Part shown: positions 18,543 to 27,936 of the stretch, one piece after another
Layout: each line of letters opens with the position of its first letter
How positions within the stretch are numbered: position 1 is the first letter of the stretch
Assembly (NCBI GenBank): GCA_964478865.1
Contig: CAYZJS010000015.1
Location: forward strand, 1-61,180
Direction of reading: 5' to 3'
DNA: 61,180 nucleotides
Origin: an uncultured Thermodesulfatator sp.
GTDB lineage: Bacteria; Desulfobacterota; Dissulfuribacteria; Dissulfuribacterales; QOAL01
Made by a program: the position numbers and the translations under genes
Notes under the pieces: model-generated
Seen by the model: the letters and a program-made list of their open reading frames with translations, nothing else
The model's database searches: none
What the model was told of the DNA's origin: nothing

Positions 18543-19109
18543 TTAGTCTTTTCCCTTTTCCTTTTCCTTGGCAGCTATTTCCCTGAACTCTGTTACAAGA
18601 TCTCCATGTCCAACTTCGTGATGGCAGTCTATGCAAGTCCGCTTGGTCTGGCCTACCAGATAGGCCTTGTGGGCGGTAAATGCCTTTGACGGAATACCGG
18701 GAGCCACCAGCTTCTTGTGGCATTCCTTGCAGCCAGATTCATACGCCTCGTGGACATAGGGGCCACGGTTTTTCCAGATCTCCAGCCATGCGGTCTTCTT
18801 TTTCATGGCATGGGCCTTCATGTCGTGCAGGCCCGCCTGGGTCTTGACCTTGAGATAGTTGGCCAGGCTGTCATGTGGCAGGTGGCAGTCGACACACCTG
18901 GCACGCACGGCCCCCATGGAGTCAACGCCGTGTTTTCCGGAAGCCCATGTCTTGTAAAAGGGATTCATCTCGTGGCAGGAATTGCAGAATTCCACGGTGC
19001 TGGTAGATTTAACCTGTTTTGCCGTGAAGAAAGCGATGAGCAGAGCAATGAGGAAGGCAATAATGCACGCAACAATGGTTGATCCCTCGTAGCTTTTCAA
19101 GATTCTCAT
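18543..19109 (-). CDS. NapC/NirT/NrfH-family membrane tetrahaem quinol dehydrogenase
   Basis: ORF 18543..19196 with a likely start at MRILKSYEG (19109). One N-terminal TM helix and four CXXCH motifs (CNSCH, CVDCH, CKECH, CIDCH). Confidence 0.8.
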   Translation of the reverse strand: MRILKSYEGSTIVACIIAFLIALLIAFFTAKQVKSTSTVEFCNSCHEMNPFYKTWASGKHGVDSMGAVRARCVDCHLPHDSLANYLKVKTQAGLHDMKAHAMKKKTAWLEIWKNRGPYVHEAYESGCKECHKKLVAPGIPSKAFTAHKAYLVGQTKRTCIDCHHEVGHGDLVTEFREIAAKEKEKGKD

Positions 19110-19182
19110 AAAAACCCTCCTGAGTTGGACAATTAGAATCTGAATACATTCCTTGTCTATAATAACTAATTTTCTTGTAACT

Positions 19183-19212
19183 ATGTTGTTAAACATGTTA
19201 CGGAAATGTTAC
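19183..19212. promoter_or_regulatory. Three phased direct repeats ATGTT(G/A)(T/C) in the divergent promoter region
   Basis: ATGTTGT (19183-19189), ATGTTAC (19195-19201) and ATGTTAC (19206-19212), with start-to-start spacing of 12 and 11 bp. They lie 74-103 bp upstream of the NapC/NrfH-like start and 54-83 bp upstream of the cupin start. Confidence 0.3.
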
Positions 19213-19265
19213 AATTGCTAGTAAGGAAGGATTTTTATCTTCACAACTTGGGGCAGGAGGACAAA

Positions 19266-19607
19266 ATGGCCATATTTTATTCCCGGAAATCCATGGAATT
19301 TGAAGATCATCCCTTGTTCAAGGGCGTGCAAATTGCCAAACTTGCCGGGAAAAAAGACAGCATGCCGGTGGGAAGCTCCATGCTCTGGATATCCCCAGGT
19401 GTTGAGATCCCCGTTCATACCCACGATGAAAGCGTGGATTCTATTTACTGCATAAGGGGGGAGGGTGAGATTTTTCGTGACGGTGCCTGGAATCCACTTG
19501 CTGCAGGTGATTACTGCCTGGTGCCTGCTGGTGAAGAGCACGGGGTCAGGAATACCTCGGCAGAGGTCATGGAACTTTTCATAATCCATTCGCCGCCGCT
19601 TTTTTAA
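19266..19607 (+). CDS. Cupin-domain protein
   Basis: ATG at 19266 preceded by AGGAGG (ORF 19206..19607). The cupin motifs appear as ..PVHTHDESVDSIYCIRGEG.. and ..LVPAGEEHGVRN. Confidence 0.6.
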   Translation: MAIFYSRKSMEFEDHPLFKGVQIAKLAGKKDSMPVGSSMLWISPGVEIPVHTHDESVDSIYCIRGEGEIFRDGAWNPLAAGDYCLVPAGEEHGVRNTSAEVMELFIIHSPPLF

Positions 19608-19637
19608 CAGACTACTTCGAACAGGACTGCTGGCCGG

Positions 19638-21185
19638 ATGTTATCAAAACTGGAACACAAGATCCTTTTCTGGATTATCGTGATACTCGGGATATTCGGC
19701 GGAGTCCTTCTTTACTGGCAGGGCAGGCAGTACCAGAAGGCAGGGATAAACCAGCTAAGACAGCAGGCCAGGGGTATTTACCATTACGCGGTTCTCACAA
19801 GGGAGCTCATCTCTGGCTGGAAGGGCGTCTACATAAGAAAGGACGATGAATTTATCAGGAAGACACCTTCTGAGTTTACCGCGGATCTTGCCTCTTTTGC
19901 CGGGCGAAACGCCCCTTTCTCCATAAAGATAGCCGTACCCGGAAGCTCGAGCCCTGCCCACAAGCCTGATGCCTTTGAACAAAATGCTATCAAGCGGATG
20001 AAGACGCAGGGGGAGACAGAGGTCTGGAAGATATTTTCCCAGGGAAAAACCTACAGGTTTCGTTACGCCGGCCCGCTTATCTTTGAAAACGAGTGCCAGG
20101 GCTGTCATAGCAGTACGCCATCGACAAAGCTTGTTGGGTGCATTTCCATAGGTGTCAATGCCACCAGGTTTTTTCAAAACCTCCAGAAGGACGCCCGTTT
20201 CTTTGCCATGTACATGGCCTTTGCCCTGCTGATTACGGCCTTTCTACTCTGGTTCATGCTTCGAAGTTACGTGCTTTCTCCCGTAAGGGAACTCAACACG
20301 GCTGCGGAAAAGGTCAGGAAGGGCCAGCTGGACGTTTCGGTAAATCTCACGGCAAGCAGTGAGTGGAAGAGGGTCAGTGAAAACTTCAACACAATGGTGC
20401 AGTCCCTGGCCAGGAGGCAGAACCAGCTGGAAAAGGAGGCGGAAGATGCCCTGGTGAGAATGAAGTCCGCCTTTGAGGAGCTGAAGAAGACCGAGAAATA
20501 CAAGGCGGATTTTTTCACCAATATCACCCACGATCTCAAGACCCCAATCACTGCCATAAAGGGTGCCATAGGGATCCTTGAGCGCCAGTGCAGCCAGGGC
20601 TCCATCTACCTGGACATACTCCAGAGGAATACGGAAAAACTCTCTTCCATGGTCCAGGATATCCTGGATTGTGCCAGGCTTGAAAGCGGCGAGATGCAGC
20701 TGAATCTCCAGAAGGCCGACCTGGCGGAGGTCCTCGAGGATGCCATTTTGATGGCCATGCCCCTTGCCTGGAGGAAGAACATAAACCTCGACTACAGGGT
20801 TCCGGACCAGCCGTGCCATGCATACGTAGACGTCAAGAGGATGGAACAGGTAATGATCAACCTCCTTTCCAACGCCATCAAGTTTTCCCCTGCAGGGGAA
20901 TCAGTGGAGATAAGGCTCGGAAGGAGGAAGGAATTCTGGGAGATCACCATAGAGGACAGGGGGCCCGGAATAGATCCCCAGGAGATGGAGCTGGTCTTCG
21001 AGAAATTTTTTCACCGTGATGACAATGTACAGGGCACCGGCATGGGGCTTGGCCTTGCAATCGCCAAGGGCATTGTCGAGGCCCACAGCGGCAGCATAGG
21101 AGTCAGGACAGACAGTGATAAACCGGGCTGTTGCTTCTATTTCACAGTACCGGTCAGGGGTGATTCCAAGGAGCATTCATCATGA
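19638..21185 (+). CDS. Sensor histidine kinase with a periplasmic c-type-haem (DUF3365/Tll0287-like) sensor domain
   Basis: 515 aa with two TM segments flanking a domain of about 155 aa that contains a single CQGCH (nt 20094-20108). Followed by a HAMP-like linker, H-box FFTNITHDLKTPI, N-box LLSNAIKFSP, G1 DRGPGI and G2 GTGMGLGLAIAK. Confidence 0.85.
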   Translation: MLSKLEHKILFWIIVILGIFGGVLLYWQGRQYQKAGINQLRQQARGIYHYAVLTRELISGWKGVYIRKDDEFIRKTPSEFTADLASFAGRNAPFSIKIAVPGSSSPAHKPDAFEQNAIKRMKTQGETEVWKIFSQGKTYRFRYAGPLIFENECQGCHSSTPSTKLVGCISIGVNATRFFQNLQKDARFFAMYMAFALLITAFLLWFMLRSYVLSPVRELNTAAEKVRKGQLDVSVNLTASSEWKRVSENFNTMVQSLARRQNQLEKEAEDALVRMKSAFEELKKTEKYKADFFTNITHDLKTPITAIKGAIGILERQCSQGSIYLDILQRNTEKLSSMVQDILDCARLESGEMQLNLQKADLAEVLEDAILMAMPLAWRKNINLDYRVPDQPCHAYVDVKRMEQVMINLLSNAIKFSPAGESVEIRLGRRKEFWEITIEDRGPGIDPQEMELVFEKFFHRDDNVQGTGMGLGLAIAKGIVEAHSGSIGVRTDSDKPGCCFYFTVPVRGDSKEHSS

Positions 21186-21874
21186 GGCCTTCAAGGATAC
21201 TTGTAGTAGAAGATGACAACGATATCCGGACCGTTCTTATGGATCAGCTCACCCTGGACGGATATATCACGGAAGGAGCGGCAAGTGGCAGGGAGGTCTT
21301 GAAGACGTTCGAAGGGTTCAGGCCGGACCTTGTGGTCCTGGATCTAAAACTTCCCGACGTGGACGGTATCATCATATGCCAGCATCTCAGGAAGATCTCG
21401 AGTGTGCCCATCATCATTGTCAGCGCCAGAGATACCCTCCCGGACAAAATCAGGGGGCTCGAGGTGGGGGCCGATGACTATGTTACCAAACCCTTTGAAT
21501 ACCTGGAGCTCGAAGCCCGGATCAAGGCCTGTCTCAGGAGGCGGAGGGAAACGAAGGTCCTGGAAGAGGAAGTCCTTGAGCTTGGGAACCTCAAGCTTTA
21601 TTGTGAACAGAGGACCATCTTCATTGGAAAAAGGCGGGAAAGGCTTACAAGAAAGGAATTCGAGCTGTTGAAGCTCTTTATTGAAAACCGCGGCAAGGTG
21701 CTTTCCAGGGAATTTCTGAGCTCAAGGCTGTGGGACAAGAAGGAGGTCTATCCCTGGAGCCGTGCCCTTGACGTTCATATCAGGAGGCTCAGAAAAAAGA
21801 TAGAGCCTGATCCTGCAAATCCCAGGTTTATTGTGACCCATTCCGGTGTGGGGTATCGTTTTAATATTGAATGA
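21182..21874 (+). CDS. OmpR/PhoB-family response regulator
   Basis: 230 aa with a receiver domain (ILVVEDD.., DLVVLDLKLPDVDG) and a winged-helix output (..LTRKEFELLKLF.., GVGYRF). There is a 4-nt overlap with the kinase gene. Confidence 0.9.
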   Translation: MRPSRILVVEDDNDIRTVLMDQLTLDGYITEGAASGREVLKTFEGFRPDLVVLDLKLPDVDGIIICQHLRKISSVPIIIVSARDTLPDKIRGLEVGADDYVTKPFEYLELEARIKACLRRRRETKVLEEEVLELGNLKLYCEQRTIFIGKRRERLTRKEFELLKLFIENRGKVLSREFLSSRLWDKKEVYPWSRALDVHIRRLRKKIEPDPANPRFIVTHSGVGYRFNIE

Positions 21875-23727
21875 AGGATAGTTTACAGGAAAGTCTTCGA
21901 TTCCCCCTGGAAAACGCCCCGGACTGGAAGGCCATACCTGCCAGTCCCGGCGTGTACCTGTTTTTGTCAGAAGCCGGAGCCCCCCTTTACATAGGAAAGG
22001 CCAAGAGGCTGAGAAGCAGGCTCCTTTCCTATTTCAGGTCCGGTTCAGGCCTTCCGGCCAGGACCAGGCTCATGATGCAAAGGGCCTGTTTCCTCGAGGT
22101 TATACTGACCCGGACCGAAAAGGAGGCCCTGATTCTCGAGGCAGAACTAATTACCAGGTTCAGGCCGAAGTACAATATTAGGTTAAGGGACGACAAGGCC
22201 TATCCATTTCTCCGTCTCGGAGTCAAAAGCACCTACCCGCGGCTCAGCATTGTCAGGAAGAGAAGGAGGGACGGGGCCCTTTACTTCGGTCCGTATACTT
22301 CCTCGCAGGCCCTGAGACAGACCCTCAGGATAATCTTCAGCGTCTTCAGGCTTCGAAGCTGCAGCGATGCCGCCATGAGGGGAAGAAGCAGGCCATGTCT
22401 CAAGTACCAGGTAAAGAGATGTTCAGGCCCTTGTACCGGGGCCGTATCCAGGGAAGACTACCTGGAAGACGTGAAAAGGGTGAGGGCATTTCTGGAAGGC
22501 CGCGTCCTTTTTGTGGCAAGGCAGCTGGAAGAATCCATGAAGGCTGCTGCATCCCGGCTGGAATTTGAGAAGGCCGCCCTCTTCAGGGATCAGCTGGAGG
22601 CCCTGGAAAAGGTCATGGAGGGCCAGGCGGTTGTTCTAAATTCCCACCTTGACCTGGATGTGGTCTGCATCCTGGCCGGACAGGAAACTGCCCAGGCGGC
22701 GGTCCTGAAGATAAGGGAGGGTGCAATACGCTCCAGGCATTTAATGGGCCTTGATGCAAGCCTGGGGGGCCATGAAGGTGATATCTATGCAGATTTTCTG
22801 AAGATCTATTATTCGGAAGTTGTCCCGCCGCCGGAAATAATCCTTCCCGTGGACATATCTCAAAAGGCAGAGCTGGAAGAACTTCTAAGGTACTATAGGG
22901 GCAAGAAGGTTTCCTTGAAAAATCCGAGCCGGGGTAAAAAGAAGGACCTGCTCTACATGGCCCGGTTGAATGCAGAGCAGGGGCTCAGGGAAAAGATGGC
23001 CGGAAAGGCCAGGTGGAATGAACAGGCCTCTGTCCTGAAAGGGAAGCTTTCATTAAAAAGGCCCCCCCATAATGTGGAAGGAGTGGACATCTCCAACATG
23101 TCAGGTAGCCTTCCCGTGGGCAGTCTTGTGAGATTTTCCAGTGGACAGCCGGAAAAATCCGGTTATCGTCATTATTTTCTCCATGCAAGAGGGCCTGATG
23201 ACTACGGCATGATCCGCGAGGTCTTGAAAAGGCGCATAAAAAGGGGCCTTGAAAGGGACGATCTTCCGGACTTTTTCATTATTGACGGCGGAAGGGGCCA
23301 GCTGAGTTCTGCCCTCGAGGTCCTGGGTGAATATAAACTGCTTGATTCAGTGGACGTCATCTCCCTTGCAAAGGACAGGGACGGCGGAGGTGAAAAGATT
23401 TTTCTTAAAAATCGGGAGTCTGCCCTGATTCTCCCCCAACACGACAGCGTCTTGAGGTTCTGTCAGAGGGTGCGGGATGAAGCCCACAGGTTCGGCGTCA
23501 AGACTCACCGGCAGAGGCGCAAAAGCAAGATGTTTGACTCAAGGCTCCTGGAGATTCCCGGTGTCGGAAAGGCCAGGCAAATGCTTCTCCTTAAACATTT
23601 TGGCAGCATCGAGGCCATTGCCCAGGCAGGCTTCCAGGAATTACTGGCTGTTTCCGGGTTGAACAGGGCGGTCTGCAGGAATATCCACAAGTATTTCCAG
23701 GGGGATAAGGGCCATGGGCAAGATTAG
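21871..23727 (+). CDS. uvrC: Excinuclease ABC subunit C
   Basis: 618 aa with a GIY-YIG N-terminus (GVYLF..PLYIGKAKRLRSRL), a UVR domain, an endonuclease domain and C-terminal HhH. Confidence 0.95.
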   Translation: MKDSLQESLRFPLENAPDWKAIPASPGVYLFLSEAGAPLYIGKAKRLRSRLLSYFRSGSGLPARTRLMMQRACFLEVILTRTEKEALILEAELITRFRPKYNIRLRDDKAYPFLRLGVKSTYPRLSIVRKRRRDGALYFGPYTSSQALRQTLRIIFSVFRLRSCSDAAMRGRSRPCLKYQVKRCSGPCTGAVSREDYLEDVKRVRAFLEGRVLFVARQLEESMKAAASRLEFEKAALFRDQLEALEKVMEGQAVVLNSHLDLDVVCILAGQETAQAAVLKIREGAIRSRHLMGLDASLGGHEGDIYADFLKIYYSEVVPPPEIILPVDISQKAELEELLRYYRGKKVSLKNPSRGKKKDLLYMARLNAEQGLREKMAGKARWNEQASVLKGKLSLKRPPHNVEGVDISNMSGSLPVGSLVRFSSGQPEKSGYRHYFLHARGPDDYGMIREVLKRRIKRGLERDDLPDFFIIDGGRGQLSSALEVLGEYKLLDSVDVISLAKDRDGGGEKIFLKNRESALILPQHDSVLRFCQRVRDEAHRFGVKTHRQRRKSKMFDSRLLEIPGVGKARQMLLLKHFGSIEAIAQAGFQELLAVSGLNRAVCRNIHKYFQGDKGHGQD

Positions 23728-25537
23728 GAGGCTTCCGGTACATGTGGCCAACCAGATCGCTGCGGGAGAGGTGGTTGAACGGCCGGCCTCGGTGGTAAAG
23801 GAACTGGTGGAAAATGCCCTGGATGCAGGTGCCACAACCGTGGACATCCGTCTTCACCAGGGGGGAAGAGGGCTGATAGAGGTGGCAGATAATGGAGAGG
23901 GTCTTGGCCGGGAGGACCTGGAGCTTGCGGTCATGCCCCATGCAACCAGCAAGATCTTTGACCAGCAGGATCTTTGTTCCATCAGGACCCTGGGGTTTAG
24001 AGGCGAGGCCCTTGCCAGTATTTCAGCAGTGAGCCGCCTGAGTATCACCTCCAGGACCAAAGACCAGGATGAAGGCTGGAAGCTCACCACCTCCTTTGGA
24101 AGAGAACTCAGGGTGGTGCCTGCAGGTTGCCCGCCTGGCACCAGGGTTCGGGTCAGGGATCTTTTTGCCGAGATACCCGCAAGGTACAAGTTTTTGAAGA
24201 GCAGGCAGACCGAGCTTTCACACTGCCTGAAGGCCATAAGGGCCTTTGCCGTATGCTGGCCCCGGGTACTTTTCACCGTGAGGAATGAAAAGAGGCAGAT
24301 ATTCAGGAGTGTTCCAGGGGCGGAAGGTGTCAAGGGCCTGGAACCGCTTTTTGGCACAGAGATCCTGTCCGCCATGAAGGAAGTCCTGGCCGAGGCAGAG
24401 GGGATAAGGCTGAGCGGTTTTATTGCATCCCCCGACGAGATCCGTCTTTCCTCCAGGCACATGTTCTTCTTCCTTAACAGGCGGAAGATCACGAGCCCTG
24501 TACTCTGGAAGGCGGTAAGCGAGGCCCTGAGGGGGAAGCTGGTAAAGGGAAACTACCCTGCAGGTGCCATCTTTCTGGACATGGAGCCGGAACTGGTGGA
24601 TGTAAACGTCCATCCCTCTAAGAGCGAGGTCAGGTTTCAGAGGCCGGACCAGGTATACAGGCTGGTCTACCATGCAGTCTTAAGGGCGCTGACGGCCGAA
24701 CATGGAAAAAGGAGTGCATATGGTGATGGAGTAACTGCTTCCCAGGGTGGAGTAGTCCGGGAAAAGGAAGAAAGCGGTGGCACCATGCCCCTTCCGTGGG
24801 AAGGCCGGAATGAAGAAAAAACTGCCACACCTTTTTCTTTTAGCACCTCTCCAGCTCCTCCAGGCGGTGATGAGTCATCCTTGGATTTCAATACCTCTCG
24901 GGGTGAACACGAAAGGCTTCTTTCCTCTGCCATGAGGCCTGCAACCTTGTCTGAAGGGGCAGGGGATTTCAGGGTTATCGGACAGTTCAAAGGGACCTAC
25001 ATCCTCGTGGAGATGGGAGAAAAACTCTTGCTCTTCGATCAGCATGCTGCCCACGAAGCCCTTCTTTTTACGAGGATCCTGCGGGAGTTTGAGGAAGGCG
25101 GGGCAATAAGGAAGGAACCCCTCATGTTCCCGCATGTCCTCCAGGTGGACAGCGCTGCCATGGAGGCATTCCAGGAGGCATCTTCCACCCTCCGGGAGCT
25201 TGGTATCGATGTGTCGGTTTTCGGGGAAAGACAGCTTGCCCTGAGATCGGTGCCGTATCTTCTGGCAGGTGCGGGAGAGCCGGCAAGGTTTGCAGAGGAG
25301 ATCATAAACGGGCTTTTGTCAAATCCAAGGCGCACCAGGTCGGAGGCCGTCCGTGATTCCATCTCCCGTATCGCCTGTTCAATGGCCATAAAGGCCAACT
25401 GCCCCCTCCAGATGGAACAGATGGTCTCCCTGATAGGAGACTGCCTGGCTGAAGGGATAGAAAACTGTCCCCACGGACGGCCTGTGGCAAGGCAGATCAG
25501 CCTTAAAGGGCTTGAAAGGGTGTTTTTCCGGCAGTGA
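23714..25537 (+). CDS. mutL: DNA mismatch repair protein MutL
   Basis: 607 aa containing NQIAAGEVVERPASVVKELVENALDAGAT and a C-terminal dimerisation/endonuclease region. Confidence 0.95.
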   Translation: MGKIRRLPVHVANQIAAGEVVERPASVVKELVENALDAGATTVDIRLHQGGRGLIEVADNGEGLGREDLELAVMPHATSKIFDQQDLCSIRTLGFRGEALASISAVSRLSITSRTKDQDEGWKLTTSFGRELRVVPAGCPPGTRVRVRDLFAEIPARYKFLKSRQTELSHCLKAIRAFAVCWPRVLFTVRNEKRQIFRSVPGAEGVKGLEPLFGTEILSAMKEVLAEAEGIRLSGFIASPDEIRLSSRHMFFFLNRRKITSPVLWKAVSEALRGKLVKGNYPAGAIFLDMEPELVDVNVHPSKSEVRFQRPDQVYRLVYHAVLRALTAEHGKRSAYGDGVTASQGGVVREKEESGGTMPLPWEGRNEEKTATPFSFSTSPAPPGGDESSLDFNTSRGEHERLLSSAMRPATLSEGAGDFRVIGQFKGTYILVEMGEKLLLFDQHAAHEALLFTRILREFEEGGAIRKEPLMFPHVLQVDSAAMEAFQEASSTLRELGIDVSVFGERQLALRSVPYLLAGAGEPARFAEEIINGLLSNPRRTRSEAVRDSISRIACSMAIKANCPLQMEQMVSLIGDCLAEGIENCPHGRPVARQISLKGLERVFFRQ

Positions 25538-26481
25538 GGACACCCTCTTATCTTCCAGTACCGTTTCCTGTTGTTGCCGTGGTTGGCCCCACTGCATCAG
25601 GCAAGACCTCTGTTTCCATAAGGCTTGCCAGGCGCTTGCAGGCTGAAATCATAAACATGGATTCCGTCCAGGCCTACAGGGGGCTTGATATAGGCTCGGC
25701 CAAGCCCTCTGTTGATGAGCAGAAGGAGGCCGTCCACCACCTTGTGGACATAAGAGAGCCCTTTGAGCCCCTGGATGCCGCCTCCTTTGCAAGGATGGCC
25801 TCAAGGGCGGCTGAAAGGATCATGGGCAAGGGGCAAAACGTGATCCTTGCGGGAGGGACGGGCTTCTACATTGACGCAGTGCTCGGCGGGCTCTCCTCCA
25901 TGCCTGGAAGGATGCCGGGACTCAGGCGGCATCTGAGAAATCTTGCCGCCGGGTCGGGAAGCCGGGTGCTTCATGAATTTTTGAAGGAAACAGACCCTGT
26001 TGCCGCACGAAGAATCCATCCCAATGACCTCTACAGGATAATCAGGGCAGTAGAGGTATTTCTTTCTTCCGGCAGGCCGTTTTCCCAGTGGTGCCAAGGC
26101 AGGAAAGGGGCTGAAAGCCCTCTTCTTGCCCGGAGGCCATGTCTCAGGATAGGCCTTTTACTGCCAAGGAAACAGCTCTACCAGCGGATAGAAAGGAGAG
26201 TGGACCAGATGATGGAAGCCGGTTTTGTCCAGGAGGTGGAGGCCATATTGAAAAAAGGCATGGATCCAAGGCTTAAACCCTTGCAATCCCTTGGTTATCG
26301 TCATATTATCCGCTACCTTCTCGGAAGCTGTACCCTGGAGCAGGCAGTCCTTGAAATGAAGAGAGATACTAGAAGATATGCAAAAAGGCAGCTTACGTGG
26401 TTCAAAAAGGACCCGCGCATCAGGTGGTTTTCACCAGATCATCTCCTGTCATGCACTGATATCTGGAAGGCAATAAATTGA
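25534..26481 (+). CDS. miaA: tRNA dimethylallyltransferase
   Basis: 315 aa with a GTG start, P-loop GPTASGKTS, and ..MDSVQAYRGLDIGSAKP... Confidence 0.9.
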   Translation: MRTPSYLPVPFPVVAVVGPTASGKTSVSIRLARRLQAEIINMDSVQAYRGLDIGSAKPSVDEQKEAVHHLVDIREPFEPLDAASFARMASRAAERIMGKGQNVILAGGTGFYIDAVLGGLSSMPGRMPGLRRHLRNLAAGSGSRVLHEFLKETDPVAARRIHPNDLYRIIRAVEVFLSSGRPFSQWCQGRKGAESPLLARRPCLRIGLLLPRKQLYQRIERRVDQMMEAGFVQEVEAILKKGMDPRLKPLQSLGYRHIIRYLLGSCTLEQAVLEMKRDTRRYAKRQLTWFKKDPRIRWFSPDHLLSCTDIWKAIN

Positions 26482-27023
26482 ATATCCCCAATCTCCTGAC
26501 CCTTGCCAGGATACTTCTCACCCCTCTTCTGGTGATATTTCTGATAGACAAGAAATACGAGCTGGCATTCCTGGTATTTGTTGTGGCCGGTGTTACAGAC
26601 GGGCTGGATGGATTCATAGCAAGGATCATGAGGCAGAAGACCAGGATAGGGGCCATACTCGACCCCATAGCCGACAAGGCCCTGCTGGCATCATCCTACA
26701 TAACCATGGCAGTAACAGGCATAATCCCGGACTGGCTTGCGGTCACCGTGATCAGCAGGGACATAATCATCGTGTTCGGGGTCATGGTGCTACTCCTTTT
26801 CCATTCGGGAGTGGAGATCTGTCCTTCCATAATCAGCAAGCTTACGACCCTCTTCCAGCTCCTTACCGTTTTCTTTGTGCTGGGCGGCATGGTGATGAAA
26901 ATAACCTGTCATCCGCTTGTGGCCAGCCTGTACGTGATAACTGCCATTTTGACCATAGCCTCAGGCCTTCACTACCTTTACAAGGGCGTGAAGATGCTGG
27001 GGACGGAGAACAATGGTTTGTAG
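26478..27023 (+). CDS. CDP-alcohol phosphatidyltransferase (PgsA-like)
   Basis: 181 aa, multi-TM, with the motif DGLDGFIAR..G..LDPIADK. Confidence 0.8.
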   Translation: MNIPNLLTLARILLTPLLVIFLIDKKYELAFLVFVVAGVTDGLDGFIARIMRQKTRIGAILDPIADKALLASSYITMAVTGIIPDWLAVTVISRDIIIVFGVMVLLLFHSGVEICPSIISKLTTLFQLLTVFFVLGGMVMKITCHPLVASLYVITAILTIASGLHYLYKGVKMLGTENNGL

Positions 27024-27054
27024 TGGCACTTGAAATAAATTTCTTGCCCTGGAT

Positions 27055-27921
27055 TCAAATGCTGAAGGTGCGGCTCCTTGCGGCAATCTTCTCTCTTTCC
27101 TGCTCCACCCATTCAAGCATTTCCAGGTAGGCCTTTTCATCAAGTCCAAGGGCCGAGAGCACGTCTTGTGGAATCCCTGCAGGGTCAACCTGCAGGAAGC
27201 TGTTTCCCATGGTGTTTGCCAAGTGGTTTGAAAGTGATGTCACAAGGAGATACTTGGGTGGAGCCGTATCTGCTTCCGGGTGGTGATGCCTGAAGGCAAC
27301 CACCTGAAAAGGCTCCGGCAAGCTCCATTTTTCCAAAAGCTTTCCACCCCAGAGTTCATGATCCACACCCCAGGCCTCCTCCAGTTCTTCCATGCTCTTG
27401 CCGCTGTCCTCAGCCATGGAGAGAAAGACCGTTGGGGCCTGTGACATCAGGACAAGCCAGCCCACGTCGTGAAGCATGCCAAGGGTGTAGAGGTCCGGTT
27501 CTTCAGAGTCCACCTCGAATTCCTTGGCCAGGGTGGCGGTGGTAATGAGGTGGTGCCACAGTCTTTCAGCATGCGTTTTAAGCTCCGAGGGCACGGTCAT
27601 GAATCTCTTGGCAAGTAGTGCACTTACCGCCAGCTGGATCACCTCCTTATGGCCCATGAGTACCACTGCATGTTTTACTGAGGTTATCTCGGAGCTGAAT
27701 CCATACAGGGCGCTGTTGCATATCTGGAGTACCTTCAGGGTCAGGGCCGGGTCCTGGCCTATGAGTTCGTATATCTCTTCTGTTTCCATCTCCTGCCGGC
27801 AGAGCATCTCTATGAGCCTGTGGGCAATGGATGGCATGGTGGGCAGTTCATCGCTGTTCCAGTCAATGGGAAGAAGCGGTCTTCCGGCTTGCTTTTCCGT
27901 TACTGTAGTGGCGCAGATCAT
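27055..27921 (-). CDS. HDOD-domain signalling protein
   Basis: 288 aa with LPTMPSIAHRLIEM.., ..HDVGWLVL.. and an HD-related fold pattern. Confidence 0.7.
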   Translation of the reverse strand: MICATTVTEKQAGRPLLPIDWNSDELPTMPSIAHRLIEMLCRQEMETEEIYELIGQDPALTLKVLQICNSALYGFSSEITSVKHAVVLMGHKEVIQLAVSALLAKRFMTVPSELKTHAERLWHHLITTATLAKEFEVDSEEPDLYTLGMLHDVGWLVLMSQAPTVFLSMAEDSGKSMEELEEAWGVDHELWGGKLLEKWSLPEPFQVVAFRHHHPEADTAPPKYLLVTSLSNHLANTMGNSFLQVDPAGIPQDVLSALGLDEKAYLEMLEWVEQEREKIAARSRTFSI

Positions 27922-27936
27922 CTTTTGGCCGTCCTT

